A stretch of DNA of 64,000 nt. Origin: Bythopirellula sp. (GTDB taxonomy: Bacteria > Planctomycetota > Planctomycetia > Pirellulales > Lacipirellulaceae). Under the pieces are notes generated by a model. That model was not told the DNA's origin and ran no database searches. It worked only from the letters and a program-made list of their open reading frames with translations. The stretch is from the NCBI GenBank assembly GCA_965216565.1, contig OZ244170.1, positions 1 through 64,000 of the forward strand, in the 5' to 3' direction. A program made the position numbers and the translations under genes. Numbering within the stretch: the stretch's first letter is position 1; each line of letters opens with the position of its first letter. Shown piece by piece: positions 10,332 to 21,149 of the stretch.

Positions 10332-12290
10332 CTACTCGTCGTCCTCACGCAAATTGGCAAGCACGCTGTAGTCTTCCAACGTCGACGTGTCGCCGACGGT
10401 TTCTTTACCGGCAGCAATATCTTTGAGAAGCCTCCGCATGATTTTGCCGCTGCGTGTTTTCGGCAGGGCTCCCGTAAAACGAATGTCATCGGGTTGGGCG
10501 AGTGCTCCAATCTCCTTGCGAACATGTTGCTTGAGAGCTTGCCGCAGGTCGTCGCTCGGTTCGGTATCTTTGACCGTGACGAACACGGCCACCGCTTCGC
10601 CCTTGAGATCATCGGGCCGACCCACCGCCGCGGCCTCGGCCACGTTGGGATGCGAGACCAGCGCGCTTTCAATTTCAATCGTGCTGAGGCGATGACCGGA
10701 GACATTCAGCACATCGTCGATGCGGCCCATAATCCAGTAGTAGCCATCGTCGTCGCAACGGGCATTGTCGCCTGCTAGATACTTGCCTGGAACCTTGCTC
10801 CAGTAAACTTCTTGGTAGCGTTCATCATCGCCCCAGATGCCGCGCAGCATGCCTGGCCAAGGATGGGCGATGGTGAGCATGCCACCTTGATTGGTCGCCA
10901 CTGACTCGCCTTCTTCGTCGACGATTTCTGGAATAATCCCAGGCAGCGGTTTGGTGCAACTGCCGGGCTTGGTGGGAATTGCTCCCGGCAAGGGGCTCAT
11001 CATGATGCCGCCGGTCTCGGTTTGCCACCAGGTGTCGACAATCGGACAGTGCTCGCCGCCGATTTTCTGGTGGTACCACATCCACGCCTCGGGATTGATC
11101 CCTTCGCCAACGGTCCCCAAAAGTCGCAAACTGGATAGGTCGTGCTTGTCCACATGCTCGTCGCCCCACTTGATGAACGCGCGGATTGCTGTGGGGGCCG
11201 TGTAGAACGTAGTGATCTTGTACTTTTCTACGAGCTGCCAGAAGCGAGATTCATCGGGGAAATTCGGCGCCCCTTCGTACATCACACAGGTCGCCCCCGC
11301 TGAGAGCGGTCCATACACAATGTAAGTGTGCCCAGTGATCCAGCCGCAGTCAGCCGTGCACCAGTAGATGTCGTCGTCCCGATGATCGAAGACCCACTGA
11401 AAAGTTTTCTTGGCATAGAGGTTGTAACCGGCGGTAGTATGTTTGATGCCTTTAGGTTTCCCGGTCGATCCGCTGGTGTAAAGGATGAACAGCGGCGATT
11501 CGCTATCGAGCGGCTCGGCGGGGCAATCGCTCGACGCCTCGGCCATTAGCTCGTGCCACCAATGGTCACGTCCATCTTGCATCTCGATCGCCTCGTTCAC
11601 ACGGTCCAATACAATACAATGCTCGACCGAGGGAGACTTGCTCAGAGCTTTGTCTACTGTGTGCTTTAAAGGCAACGCTTTGCCGCGCCGCCAGCCGGCA
11701 TCGGCAGTGAGTTGCAACTTCGCATTGGCGTCGTTATTGCGATCCGCAATCGCCTCTGCCGAGAAACCGGCAAAAATAACCGAATGCACGGCCCCAATGC
11801 GAGCACAAGCCAACATAGCAATGGCCAACTCCGGCACCATGGGCATGTAGATCGAAACGACATCGCCCTCGCCGATGCCCAGCTTCTTCATACAATTGGC
11901 AAACTTGCACACCTCGGCGTGTAGCTCCGAGTAGGTGAGCGTCCGTTCGTCGCCGGGCTCGCCTTCCCAAATAATCGCCGTCCGATCTCCATGACCCGCT
12001 TCGATATTGCGATCGAGGCAGTTATAGCTGACGTTGGTTTTGCCACCGACAAACCACTTGGCGAACGGTTCATTCCACTCCAGTGCGTCGGTGAAGGGCT
12101 CGAACCAGTGCAGTTCTTCCTTGGCCAATTCGGCCCAGAAGGCAGGTGGATCGGACTTTGCTCGATCCCAGAGTTGCTGATACTCGTCAAGCGACTTGAT
12201 GCGACTCTGGGCAGCGAATTCTGCCGAGGGAGGGAACAAGCGTTCCTCTTGCATCACGGTATCGATTTGTCCACCAGAATTGGTCGCCAT
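10332..12290 (-). CDS. acs: Acetyl-CoA synthetase (acetate--CoA ligase)
   Basis: [51 protein letters not shown] upstream of ATG 12290. Confidence 0.97.
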   Translation of the reverse strand: MATNSGGQIDTVMQEERLFPPSAEFAAQSRIKSLDEYQQLWDRAKSDPPAFWAELAKEELHWFEPFTDALEWNEPFAKWFVGGKTNVSYNCLDRNIEAGHGDRTAIIWEGEPGDERTLTYSELHAEVCKFANCMKKLGIGEGDVVSIYMPMVPELAIAMLACARIGAVHSVIFAGFSAEAIADRNNDANAKLQLTADAGWRRGKALPLKHTVDKALSKSPSVEHCIVLDRVNEAIEMQDGRDHWWHELMAEASSDCPAEPLDSESPLFILYTSGSTGKPKGIKHTTAGYNLYAKKTFQWVFDHRDDDIYWCTADCGWITGHTYIVYGPLSAGATCVMYEGAPNFPDESRFWQLVEKYKITTFYTAPTAIRAFIKWGDEHVDKHDLSSLRLLGTVGEGINPEAWMWYHQKIGGEHCPIVDTWWQTETGGIMMSPLPGAIPTKPGSCTKPLPGIIPEIVDEEGESVATNQGGMLTIAHPWPGMLRGIWGDDERYQEVYWSKVPGKYLAGDNARCDDDGYYWIMGRIDDVLNVSGHRLSTIEIESALVSHPNVAEAAAVGRPDDLKGEAVAVFVTVKDTEPSDDLRQALKQHVRKEIGALAQPDDIRFTGALPKTRSGKIMRRLLKDIAAGKETVGDTSTLEDYSVLANLREDDE

Positions 12291-12438
12291 CAACAAGTCC
12301 TCCATCCAACCGAAAACGAGAAAAGCACGCCAAGCCCCGATTCTACTGGGTTCAGCGTGCTCTACAAGTTGGTAGGTTCTACGCAGAGGACTCTACGCAT
12401 TGCGAAGAATGCTTAGAGTGAGCTAGCTTTGAGCTTTG

Positions 12439-13656
12439 CTAGACAGACTCGGAAAGCGCCTCTTCCGCAGCCGCGTCGGCCATGTCGAGCGTGAACTCGG
12501 CGTCGAGTTCCACGTCGTCGGCTGTCGCCACCTCGGGGCATTCGAGCGTCACGCCAAAGGGGCTTTCATCAGCAGGTCGGTCGCCGAAGCTAATGCCCAG
12601 GGCCCGAGCGGCTTGGACGGCGGAGCCATTCTGGTCGACCTGACGCAAATGATTCACTGCTTCCATGATCGGCACACTGCCCACCTCAGGGGGTTGGTAG
12701 CAGGCCATTTCGCCGAATCGATTTTCAACGATCAGCCGCACGGCATGGGCACCATATTGGGTTGCGAGCACGCGATCGAACGTTGTCGGTGCACCACCAC
12801 GTTGGAGATGGCCTAGCACTGCCGTGCGAGTCTCACGGTGCAATCGATTCTCGATCTCCGCGGCCACGAGTTGCCCGATGCCGCCTAGCTTAGCCTGCGC
12901 TCCATGTTGTTGTTCGGCGACAAGTCCTCCGTCGGGAAGCTCAGCCCCCTCGGCAACAACGACCAAGGTAAATTTCTTGCCTTTGCTCTCGCGATCGAGA
13001 ATCTTATGGCAAACGTTTTCAAATGACCAAGGAATCTCTGGAATGAGAATCACATCGCCCCCGCCGCCAATGCCCGCGTGTAAGGCAATCCAGCCAGCGT
13101 GGCGTCCCATGACTTCCAGCACCATGATGCGTTCATGACTGGCAGCCGTGGTGTGTAGCCGGTCCAGGGCGTTCGTGGCACACTCTACCGCGCTATCGAA
13201 TCCAAAGGTAAACGCGGTTGCGGAAAGATCGTTGTCGATCGTCTTCGGCACGCCCACCACGGGAATACCTTGTTCGTGAAACTGCTGCGCGACCGCCAGT
13301 GAGCCGTCGCCACCGACGCAGATCAATCCTTCGATACCCAACTGATCCACGGTGTGCTTCACACCGTCGAGCAATTCGGGGTCGAGTTCCACGCGATCGG
13401 AAACACCCACAGTCGCGGCAAAGCGGCCTTTGTTCGTGGAGCCAAGGATGGTTCCACCTTGGTTCAGGATGCCCGAAGTGTTTTTTGGTGTCAGCGTGAT
13501 GTAACGGACTGGATCGTACAGTCCCTCGTACCCTTTGAGAAAACCAATGCAATCGTAACCCAACTGCCACGAGGTTTTCACCGCCCCACGAATCACGGCG
13601 TTAAGTCCCGGGCAATCGCCCCCACTAGTGAGAATTCCGATTCGCTTACTGGCCAT
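12439..13656 (-). CDS. pfkA: 6-phosphofructokinase
   Basis: TSGGDCPGLN, GGDGS, PKTIDND, EVMGRHAG, LGHLQRGG. Confidence 0.95.
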   Translation of the reverse strand: MASKRIGILTSGGDCPGLNAVIRGAVKTSWQLGYDCIGFLKGYEGLYDPVRYITLTPKNTSGILNQGGTILGSTNKGRFAATVGVSDRVELDPELLDGVKHTVDQLGIEGLICVGGDGSLAVAQQFHEQGIPVVGVPKTIDNDLSATAFTFGFDSAVECATNALDRLHTTAASHERIMVLEVMGRHAGWIALHAGIGGGGDVILIPEIPWSFENVCHKILDRESKGKKFTLVVVAEGAELPDGGLVAEQQHGAQAKLGGIGQLVAAEIENRLHRETRTAVLGHLQRGGAPTTFDRVLATQYGAHAVRLIVENRFGEMACYQPPEVGSVPIMEAVNHLRQVDQNGSAVQAARALGISFGDRPADESPFGVTLECPEVATADDVELDAEFTLDMADAAAEEALSESV

Positions 13657-13826
13657 CTGTTGGGTCCTTGTATCTTCGTGAGTTGGATGCTGTGAGAGTT
13701 CACGCCGCGGCTAGGAATGAAGCCTTGGTGTCTACAAAGATACGTTGTGATTCGGGCAGACCGAGCTTCGATCTAGAATGTGTTAGGCCCTACAATCAGT
13801 ACAGCCAGTGTAGGCTGAAGCATTTC

Positions 13827-14594
13827 CTAGCTTCTACCGAACCATCGCCGAGAGGTAAGCCTAAGCAGCGTCGAGAGCTTTCCCAGAATTTCACCGAAGC
13901 CGATTTTCGATGCGCCGCGCACTCGATCAGTGAAGCAGATGGGGACCTCGGCAAAGCGTGCATCCTGTCGGTGCAAAAGCCATACGATCTCTTCAAGGAA
14001 AGAATACCCACTCGACTGAATAGCCGTCGGGCCCAGTTGGGCGAGCGTGGCCATATCGTAGAGCCGAAAGTTGCCGCTGCTGTCGCTGACGGGAAGGCGC
14101 AGCAGATTTCTGGAGAGCCAATTGTTCGCACGGCTCGCGAGGCGACGTTGCCACGACCAACCCTCGATGCTGCCGCCCGGACAATAGCGGGAACCGATCA
14201 CGATGTCGGCTTCCGACGACGCGGCGACCATCTCGGGGAGCGCAGCGGGCGGGTGACTCCAGTCGGCATCCAAGGTAATCAGTTGTTGGTAGTCGCGCTG
14301 CGTGGCCCAGTCGATCGCCGCCTGCAACGCCGAGCCCAAGCCGAGCTTACCCTCGCGACAAAGGACGGAAAACCAATCAGCCGTCGGCTCAAATTCCTGG
14401 CACCACCTGCCCGTGCCATCAGGAGAGTTGTCATCGATCACCAGCACATGCGCTGCAGGAAGCTCACGGTGAATCGCTTCGACAAGGCTAGGTAGATTGT
14501 CGATTTCGTTATACGTGGCGATAGCGATGAGGCGGGAGGCTTCAGGCGGCAGGCTGGAAGAACGGTGTTCGGAAGAGAGAACTTTCTCTGACAA
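13827..14594 (-). CDS. Polyprenol monophosphomannose synthase-like GT2
   Basis: ATYNEIDN, DDNSPDGT, GKLGLGSA, LDADWSH, IGSRY. Confidence 0.88.
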   Translation of the reverse strand: MSEKVLSSEHRSSSLPPEASRLIAIATYNEIDNLPSLVEAIHRELPAAHVLVIDDNSPDGTGRWCQEFEPTADWFSVLCREGKLGLGSALQAAIDWATQRDYQQLITLDADWSHPPAALPEMVAASSEADIVIGSRYCPGGSIEGWSWQRRLASRANNWLSRNLLRLPVSDSSGNFRLYDMATLAQLGPTAIQSSGYSFLEEIVWLLHRQDARFAEVPICFTDRVRGASKIGFGEILGKLSTLLRLTSRRWFGRS

Positions 14595-14602
14595 GATTCT
14601 TT

Positions 14603-14635
14603 CCCCTAGTCCCAGCCCCTAGCTCCTAGCCACTA
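14603..14635. repeat. Degenerate heptamer tandem repeat (CCCCTAG-like)
   Basis: CCCCTAG TCCCAG CCCCTAG CTCCTAG CCACTA; reverse-complement-like copy after parB at about 58481-58515. Confidence 0.55.
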
Positions 14636-14638
14636 CAC

Positions 14639-15583
14639 TTACCGAAACAATCGGCTCACCGATTCGTTTCGATGAATGCGTTTGATCGCTTCTCCAAGCA
14701 ACGGGGCGATCGTCAATACCTTGGTTTGGGGCAATAACTGATCTTCAGTCAGCGGAATCGAATCGGTGCAAACGATGCTGTGCAGATTGGCATCGCTGAG
14801 CCGTTGGACAGCGGGGCCGCATAGCACCGCGTGGGTTGTGGCCACGTGAATTTCACGCGCACCGTGGTCGTGCAGGAGCTTAGCTGCTCCCGCAATCGAG
14901 CCTGCCGTGGAAATCATGTCGTCGAACATCAGCACAATCTTGTTTTCCACCGGTCCGCCGATCACGTTCTCCTGGATGGTGCTGCTGGCGCTCGTGCGGC
15001 GTTTGTCGATAATGGCCACCGTCCCGCCCAAACGCTTCGCATGGCCCAATGCCCGTTTGATGCTGCCTTCGTCGGGACTGACGATCACGATGTCTTCGGT
15101 CGCCAGATTGAGCCCCAAGAAATGCTCGTTCAATACGGGGGCGGCATAGAGATGGTCGACCGGGACGTCGAAGAAACCCTGGATTTGTGCCGCGTGCAAA
15201 TCCATGGCCAGCACGCGGTCGGCGCCAGCCAGGGTGATCATGTTAGCCACCAGCTTGGCCGTGATGGGAGTTCGGCCTTCGTCCTTGCGATCTTGTCGGG
15301 CATAGCCAAAGTAAGGGATCACGGCCGTCACCCGTTCCGCACTGGCCCGCTTACAGCTATCGATCATTACCAACAGCTCCATCAGCGTTTCGTTCGCGGG
15401 GGGGCAGGTGGGTTGGATCAGGTAGACATCGCGACCGCGAACATCTTCTTCGATCTTGCAGGAAGTCTCTCCGTCGGGAAACGTGCCGAGTGTGATCTGG
15501 CCCAGTTCCACACCTAGATATTTGGCTATATTCTCGCTCAATCTAGGATTGGCGTTGCCACTGAAGAGTTTAAAGTCGTTCAT
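14639..15583 (-). CDS. prs: Ribose-phosphate pyrophosphokinase
   Basis: FPDGE, PYFGYARQDRK, DLHAAQIQGFF, DDMISTAGS. Confidence 0.97.
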   Translation of the reverse strand: MNDFKLFSGNANPRLSENIAKYLGVELGQITLGTFPDGETSCKIEEDVRGRDVYLIQPTCPPANETLMELLVMIDSCKRASAERVTAVIPYFGYARQDRKDEGRTPITAKLVANMITLAGADRVLAMDLHAAQIQGFFDVPVDHLYAAPVLNEHFLGLNLATEDIVIVSPDEGSIKRALGHAKRLGGTVAIIDKRRTSASSTIQENVIGGPVENKIVLMFDDMISTAGSIAGAAKLLHDHGAREIHVATTHAVLCGPAVQRLSDANLHSIVCTDSIPLTEDQLLPQTKVLTIAPLLGEAIKRIHRNESVSRLFR

Positions 15584-15708
15584 GTTAGATCCAGGGTATC
15601 GCTCGCCTACAAACTAGACTCTTTGTTATTGCAAAAGTTCGCCAGGGCAGCCATGAGCAAAATGGAATTTTCTTGCAATGGATCTACTTAAGCGGTTTCC
15701 AAATAGAG

Positions 15709-15767
15709 GTAGCTGGATTCGCAAGAATTCAGTAATCGCAGATCTGAATTCTTGCGAATCCAGCTAC
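15709..15767. repeat. GTAG-type REP inverted pair (family E)
   Basis: Perfect 24-bp arms GTAGCTGGATTCGCAAGAATTCAG / CTGAATTCTTGCGAATCCAGCTAC; identical single arm at 35825-35848. Confidence 0.9.
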
Positions 15768-15795
15768 GATCAGGCGCGAATTTTTGCAAAACACG

Positions 15796-16575
15796 CTATT
15801 GGCTTGAAGACTGCTTCTCAAGCTCGGCTTCTACCCCAGCTAGATCGTCCATGCTATTGATACTCAAGGCTTCGCACTCGTCTAGCACAGCTAACGCCTC
15901 GACGTGCTTGCCACTGGTCAACAGCACCGCTGGGCAGTCGGTGATGTAGTATTCCCCCTGCGCGTTGTCGTCTGTCAAACGATCTAGAGACGCAAGCAAC
16001 TCGGCAGCATCGAAGACATACGTACTAACGTTGATTTCTCGAATCTTGCGCTGTAAATCGGTCGCATCCTTTTCTTCAACAATGCCGACAAACTTGCCAG
16101 CATCGTCACGAACTACGCGGCCGAAACCGGTTGGATCATCCCGCTCGACAGTGCCTAACAGACAAGCTGCCTGATCTCGCTGGAAAGTATCGATCAATTT
16201 CCGTACCGAGCTAGTCTGTAGCATGGGCGAATCGCCCGTCACTATCAAAACCGGCCCCGAATGGGCGGCCAATTGCTCGCGACACATCATCACGGCGTGG
16301 CCGGTGCCCAGTTGTTCGTGTTGCTCGGCGTATTCGATGGCTGGCTCACCGGCGAGTTCCTCCCGCACGAGGTCGGCCTTGTACCCGACGACCACGACAA
16401 TTTTCTCAACGCCAGCCGCTTGCAGGGCGTCGATCACATAGCGAATCATCGGTCGGCCCGCCACCGGCACCAGCACCTTGGGCAGATCCGATTTCATCCG
16501 AGTCCCTTTTCCAGCGGCCAGCACAATAGCGAGGGCAGGGCGGTTCGATTCTTTGGAATTCATGCGTTCATACAT
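15796..16575 (-). CDS. GlmU-like nucleotidyltransferase, N-terminal uridyltransferase domain only
   Basis: LAAGKGTRMKSDLPKVL, QLGTGHA, GDSP, IVEEKDA, NAQGEYYITD; stops at 259 aa with no hexapeptide domain; upstream of prs. Confidence 0.88.
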   Translation of the reverse strand: MYERMNSKESNRPALAIVLAAGKGTRMKSDLPKVLVPVAGRPMIRYVIDALQAAGVEKIVVVVGYKADLVREELAGEPAIEYAEQHEQLGTGHAVMMCREQLAAHSGPVLIVTGDSPMLQTSSVRKLIDTFQRDQAACLLGTVERDDPTGFGRVVRDDAGKFVGIVEEKDATDLQRKIREINVSTYVFDAAELLASLDRLTDDNAQGEYYITDCPAVLLTSGKHVEALAVLDECEALSINSMDDLAGVEAELEKQSSSQ

Positions 16576-16668
16576 TTACGGTTGGAGGTCAATTCTCAGC
16601 AAGAGTATCTTGTCAAGATTCGCAAGCGCTGGCTATGGGGCTAAACAGTTCTCTGAAAAATGAGCTGG

Positions 16669-16854
16669 AAATGGGGACTGGCTCGTGATCGCAAGCTGTC
16701 GATTAGCCATTGGTTAGGCTCAACAGCGATCCCGTGCCTGTCCCCTTTTCAAGCGGTGCCTTGGTGCTCCGTCAAAAAAGGGGACAGGCACGACGACGCG
16801 GCGGATGCTGGAATTCAGACCGGTCTTGTGCGTCGAGCCAGTCCCCCTTTTGAC
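16669..16854. repeat. Two tandem IR units (family F)
   Basis: GGGGACTGGCTC...GTGCCTGTCCCCTTTT followed by AAAAGGGGACAGGCAC...GAGCCAGTCCCCCTTTT. Confidence 0.8.
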
Positions 16855-16875
16855 TTCTGAATTAGCTTTCTGATA

Positions 16876-17220
16876 TCACTCAATCAGCTCAAGGTCCTCA
16901 TCACTACGCGCCCATACAAGTGCAACGTAGGCGGAATACGCATTAAAGACCGCTCTAGCCAGCAAATGAAGCGAATACCCGTTGAGCAACATCCCCAGGA
17001 CCCCCACAACACTTAGCAGTATATTGACGATTGCAAAAATGTAGCCAGCAGGAATCAAGCGGAACCACATCCCCAGTGCAGCGAATCCGGTAACACTGCT
17101 AGCCACGACGTACCAGGGTACGTAGCCTAGATCAATGGCCACCCAGATACTAAGCGGAATGGCGGCGATCCAGAGACAAGTCACAATGGCTGCATCGAGT
17201 CCCGGATACTTGAATTGCAT
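16876..17220 (-). CDS. Hypothetical small membrane protein (about 4 TM)
   Basis: 114-aa hydrophobic ORF with GAGG RBS; no recognised family. Confidence 0.65.
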   Translation of the reverse strand: MQFKYPGLDAAIVTCLWIAAIPLSIWVAIDLGYVPWYVVASSVTGFAALGMWFRLIPAGYIFAIVNILLSVVGVLGMLLNGYSLHLLARAVFNAYSAYVALVWARSDEDLELIE

Positions 17221-17569
17221 TGCGTTACCTCAATCTGGTCAGATCCAAAGGCCACCTCGTGGGTAGTCCAATCATATGGATTTCGGTACTACTGCACTAT
17301 GCGGGTCAGGTTCTAATTGTGGGTGGCTGGGGTCGAACGAAGTGAGCCCCCAGCCACCTCAGACCCAGCCCCTCGAGATCCGAAGTGGACTATTAGCCGG
17401 CTTTCAAAGCCACTTCCGCCCGGGTTGCTACTGCTTTAGAATACAAGATTCGCGATTTTCAGTTCTTCGTGCCCCCCGAGCCCGCTCCCCAGGACCTCTT
17501 GTGAGTCCCTCCGTTATCGAAGCCCTTTCTCACCCGCCATCCTCCCACGCCGAGCCCAAGAGCCCTATC

Positions 17570-18463
17570 TTGCAAGATGCGATCGAAAAAGCCGATGTCT
17601 TGATCGAGGCGATGGGCTGGATTCGCGAATTTCGCGACAAGATTACCGTCATCAAGCTCGGTGGCAGTGTGATGGAAAATCCGGAAGCGCTGCGGCATCT
17701 GCTCGTGGACATTGTGTTCATGGAAACGGTTGGAATGAAGCCGATTGTCGTGCACGGTGGCGGGGCGGCGATTAGTCGGGCGATGGCCGATGCCAAGATC
17801 GAACCGCAATTTATTCAGGGGCGTCGCTATACGGACGATGCCACACTGACGATCGTGGAGAAGGTTTTGGCAGGTGAGGTGAACGAGATGATTGCCAGCC
17901 GTATCGAAGAGTTCGGCGGTCGGGCGATGCCGCTAAACTTTACCGGCGAAACGAACAACAACGTGCTATTCGGCGAGCCTTTGCAGCTGAAAGACGAAGC
18001 AGGTCAGCCAGTCGATTTAGGCTCGGTAGGCACCGTGACGCGCGTCGATCGACTGACGCTCGATAATCTCACCTACGCCGGCCAGGTGCCGGTGATCCCC
18101 TCCATGTGCGAAACCGAGTCGGGCGCGCGGCTCAACGTCAATGCCGATACGGCCGCCCAGGCGGTCGCCCAAGCGGTAGGAGCCGAAAAGCTGATTTTCC
18201 TTAGCGATATCAACGGCGTCCGCCTCGACAAGAACGATCCCGATACCCTGATCGATACGCTTCGCGCTTCTCAGGCACGCAAGCTGATCGCCGATGGGCA
18301 CATCGATGCGGGCATGATTCCCAAAGTCGAAGCCTGTTTAGATACCCTCAGCAAAGGCGTCGGAAAGATTCACATTATTGACGGTCGCTTGCGGCACTCC
18401 CTGCTCTTGGAAATCTACACCAATCAAGGTGTTGGCACCCAAATTCTCCCCGAACCGGCATAA
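17570..18463 (+). CDS. argB: Acetylglutamate kinase
   Basis: [29 protein letters not shown]; start uncertain (TTG 17570 or GTG 17501; ORF-track 17276 too long). Confidence 0.95.
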   Translation: MQDAIEKADVLIEAMGWIREFRDKITVIKLGGSVMENPEALRHLLVDIVFMETVGMKPIVVHGGGAAISRAMADAKIEPQFIQGRRYTDDATLTIVEKVLAGEVNEMIASRIEEFGGRAMPLNFTGETNNNVLFGEPLQLKDEAGQPVDLGSVGTVTRVDRLTLDNLTYAGQVPVIPSMCETESGARLNVNADTAAQAVAQAVGAEKLIFLSDINGVRLDKNDPDTLIDTLRASQARKLIADGHIDAGMIPKVEACLDTLSKGVGKIHIIDGRLRHSLLLEIYTNQGVGTQILPEPA

Positions 18464-18485
18464 CTGCCGCACTGTCTTGCCTCTC

Positions 18486-19661
18486 ATGTCACCAGAAACT
18501 GCCAAATTATTCGACGATTATGTTATCCCCAATTACGGTCGGTTCCCGGTCACGTTAGTACGTGGCGAAGGTTCCTGGGTTTGGGACGATGAGGGGAAAC
18601 GCTATCTCGATTTCTTCCCCGGCTGGGGCTGCAATCTGTTGGGGCATTGTCCGCCGAAAGTGGTCAAGGCGGTGCAAGAACAAGTTGCCCGTTTGATCCA
18701 TGTGCCCAATACCTGGCATGTGGAATCGCAGGGCCAGTGGGCCAAACTGCTCAGCGAGCGAAGCTTCGGAGGGCAGGCATTTTTCTGTAACTCTGGCGCG
18801 GAGGCCAACGAAGGGGCCATCAAGCTCGCAAGGCTTCACACGCCACCTGGCCGTTTCAAAATTATTACGTTTGAGGGCGGTTTTCATGGTCGGACTTATG
18901 CCGCCACTAGCGCCACTGCCCAACCCAAGTATCACCAAGACATCGGCCCGTTGGTGCCTGGGTTCGACTATGCTCCGTTCGGAGACCTCGCTGCAGTCGA
19001 GGCATTGATCGACGACGAAACCGCAGCGATCATGGTTGAGCCGATCCAGGGCGAAGGGGGAATCCGACTACCGCCCGAGGGCTTTCTACCAGGCCTCAGA
19101 AAACTGGCCGACGAGAACGAACTCCTCTTAATCTTCGACGAAGTGCAGGCCGGCACCGGGCGAACGGGCAAGTGGTTTGCTCATCAGAACTATGGCGTCG
19201 AACCCGACATCATGACGCTGGCCAAAAGTCTTTGCGGCGGTGTGGCTGGGGCGGCATTACTGGCCCGTAAAGAAATCGCCCCCAGCTTGCGTCCCGGGAT
19301 GCATGCCGCCACATTTGGTGGCAACCCAATCGCCGCCGTGGCTGGTATCGCCACGCTGGAAACTATCGAAGAGCAAGGGCTACTCGACAGAGGATTACAA
19401 CTCGGCGAGGCGTTTCGAGCCGAGCTCGAACCGTTAGTCGACGAATTGCCATGCGTCAAAGAGGTTCGCATCTCTGGTGTGATGATTGGCATCGAACTAA
19501 GCATCGATGGTGGCCCCCTCGTACAACAGGCGATGGACCGGGGGCTATTAATTAATTGCACGCAAGGCAACGTCTTACGTCTGCTTCCTGCCTTGACTCT
19601 GACGGATGAGGAGTTGGCCGAAGGATGCGAGATTATCAAGCAACTACTCAGAGAAATCTGA
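18486..19661 (+). CDS. argD: Acetylornithine aminotransferase
   Basis: [38 protein letters not shown]; between argB and argF. Confidence 0.95.
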   Translation: MSPETAKLFDDYVIPNYGRFPVTLVRGEGSWVWDDEGKRYLDFFPGWGCNLLGHCPPKVVKAVQEQVARLIHVPNTWHVESQGQWAKLLSERSFGGQAFFCNSGAEANEGAIKLARLHTPPGRFKIITFEGGFHGRTYAATSATAQPKYHQDIGPLVPGFDYAPFGDLAAVEALIDDETAAIMVEPIQGEGGIRLPPEGFLPGLRKLADENELLLIFDEVQAGTGRTGKWFAHQNYGVEPDIMTLAKSLCGGVAGAALLARKEIAPSLRPGMHAATFGGNPIAAVAGIATLETIEEQGLLDRGLQLGEAFRAELEPLVDELPCVKEVRISGVMIGIELSIDGGPLVQQAMDRGLLINCTQGNVLRLLPALTLTDEELAEGCEIIKQLLREI

Positions 19662-19750
19662 ATCAACTAGAGCGAGTTTCAATATTCCCAGAGCCAGCGC
19701 CGCGAGCCGCGGGTGGCGTAGGGGGAAAACTCAATTCGAGGTAGCCAAGT

Positions 19751-20668
19751 ATGAAACACCTGCTTCAAGTTTCCGATCTCACGCGAGAGGAGATCCTGCG
19801 AATCTTTACACTAACCGAAGACTTGAAAACCAAGCATGCCGCGGACGATCGCGAAGCTCTGTTGCCGGGTCGAGTGATGGCGTTGATTTTCGAGAAGCCA
19901 TCGCTCCGCACACGCGTCAGCTTTCAGTCGGGCATGGCCCATCTGGGTGGTACTAGCATGATGTTGGGCGACGATGTGGGCTTCGGCAAACGGGAACGAG
20001 TGGATGACTTCACGCGCGTGTTGAGCAAATATGTCGACGTGATCGTATTTCGGTCCAAGCAGCACGCCACGGTCGAAAGTGTCGCGCAGCATGCTACCTG
20101 TCCGGTAATTAACGGTCTCACCGAACTATCCCATCCCTGCCAGGCCTTAGCCGATCTGTATACGATCAGCGAAAACGTCGAGTCGTTGGAAGGTGCCAAG
20201 GTCGCATGGATTGGCGATGCCAATAATGTGGCCCGGAGCCTGGCAGTCGGTTGCGGGCTGCTCGGCGTGGAGTTCACCGCGGCGACGCCACCGGGCTATG
20301 AGTTTCCGACCGAGTTCGTTGACGGACTGCGGAAGCTCTGCCCTCAGGTGAAGTTCCAGGCTACGAACGACCCCAAGGAAGCCGTGTCGGGCGCGGCCGC
20401 CGTTTACACGGACGTTTGGGCGAGCATGGGACAGGAGGCCGAGCAGCAGCAACGCAAACAAGACTTTGCTCCTTACCAGGTGAACGGCGCTTTGATGGCC
20501 GCAGCCCCCTCGGAGGCAATCTTCATGCACTGCTTGCCGGCTAAACGCGGCGAAGAAGTCACCGACGAAGTGATGGACAGCCCCAACAGCGTGATCGTCG
20601 AACAAGCGGCGAATCGGATGCACGTGCAAAAAGGTGTTCTAGTCTGGCTGTTAGCCGCACAAAGTTAG
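19751..20668 (+). CDS. argF: Ornithine carbamoyltransferase
   Basis: FEKPSLRTR, HPCQALAD, TDVWASMG, HCLPA. Confidence 0.96.
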   Translation: MKHLLQVSDLTREEILRIFTLTEDLKTKHAADDREALLPGRVMALIFEKPSLRTRVSFQSGMAHLGGTSMMLGDDVGFGKRERVDDFTRVLSKYVDVIVFRSKQHATVESVAQHATCPVINGLTELSHPCQALADLYTISENVESLEGAKVAWIGDANNVARSLAVGCGLLGVEFTAATPPGYEFPTEFVDGLRKLCPQVKFQATNDPKEAVSGAAAVYTDVWASMGQEAEQQQRKQDFAPYQVNGALMAAAPSEAIFMHCLPAKRGEEVTDEVMDSPNSVIVEQAANRMHVQKGVLVWLLAAQS

Positions 20669-20713
20669 GCAGCATTAATCATCTTTGTTATTGGCAGAGT
20701 TCGGCATGAGTAG

Positions 20714-20805
20714 CTCCCTTCCCATCAAGGGGAGGGCCGGGGAGGGGGGCTGAGGTTTTGCTGACTCCGGCACCCCTCCCTGACCCTCCCCATCGAGGGG
20801 AGGGA
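20714..20805. repeat. Family B inverted pair
   Basis: CTCCCTTCCCATCAAGGGGAGGGCCGGGGAGGGG ... CCCCTCCCTGACCCTCCCCATCGAGGGGAGGGA. Confidence 0.75.
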
Positions 20806-20882
20806 ACTTTCTTAAGATCAACTGCGGATAAATCAACAAGAACTAATCGAGAGTGAGATCTATTCATGAACGCAAAGCGTTC

Positions 20883-21064
20883 TGTCATTCCGAGGTCCGC
20901 CGAGGAATCTAGATGCTGTTTCAAAATCAATGAGCCGAACGCGCTAGCGTCGGGTAGCATCAGAATAACACCTAGACTTACGCTACCCGCGGCTAGCGCC
21001 GTCGGCTCACATAGAACGGTTCTCGGTTTTTGAAAAGGTTCTAGCCAGATCCCTCGGGATGACA
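20883..21064. repeat. Nested inverted repeats: TGTCATTCCGAGG...CCTCGGGATGACA enclosing a family A pair (20931-21009)
   Basis: Outer 13-bp IR with one mismatch, middle TAGA..TTTCAAAA/TTTTGAAA..TCTA IR, inner family A arms. Confidence 0.75.
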
Positions 21065-21149
21065 CAGCTACTGATTTCAATCAATTAAAGAATGTGAATC
21101 TCTAAAATGCACAAGTCACCTCCTTATGACTCGAGAGTGAGACCTTCCC

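Noticed and set aside
13668..15517. Long plus-strand ORFs 13668-14495 and 14831-15517
   Set aside because: Antisense to the well-supported GT2 and prs genes.
17276..17569. 98-aa N-terminal extension of ArgB in the ORF track
   Set aside because: Intergenic sequence read in frame; recognisable ArgB sequence starts near 17570.
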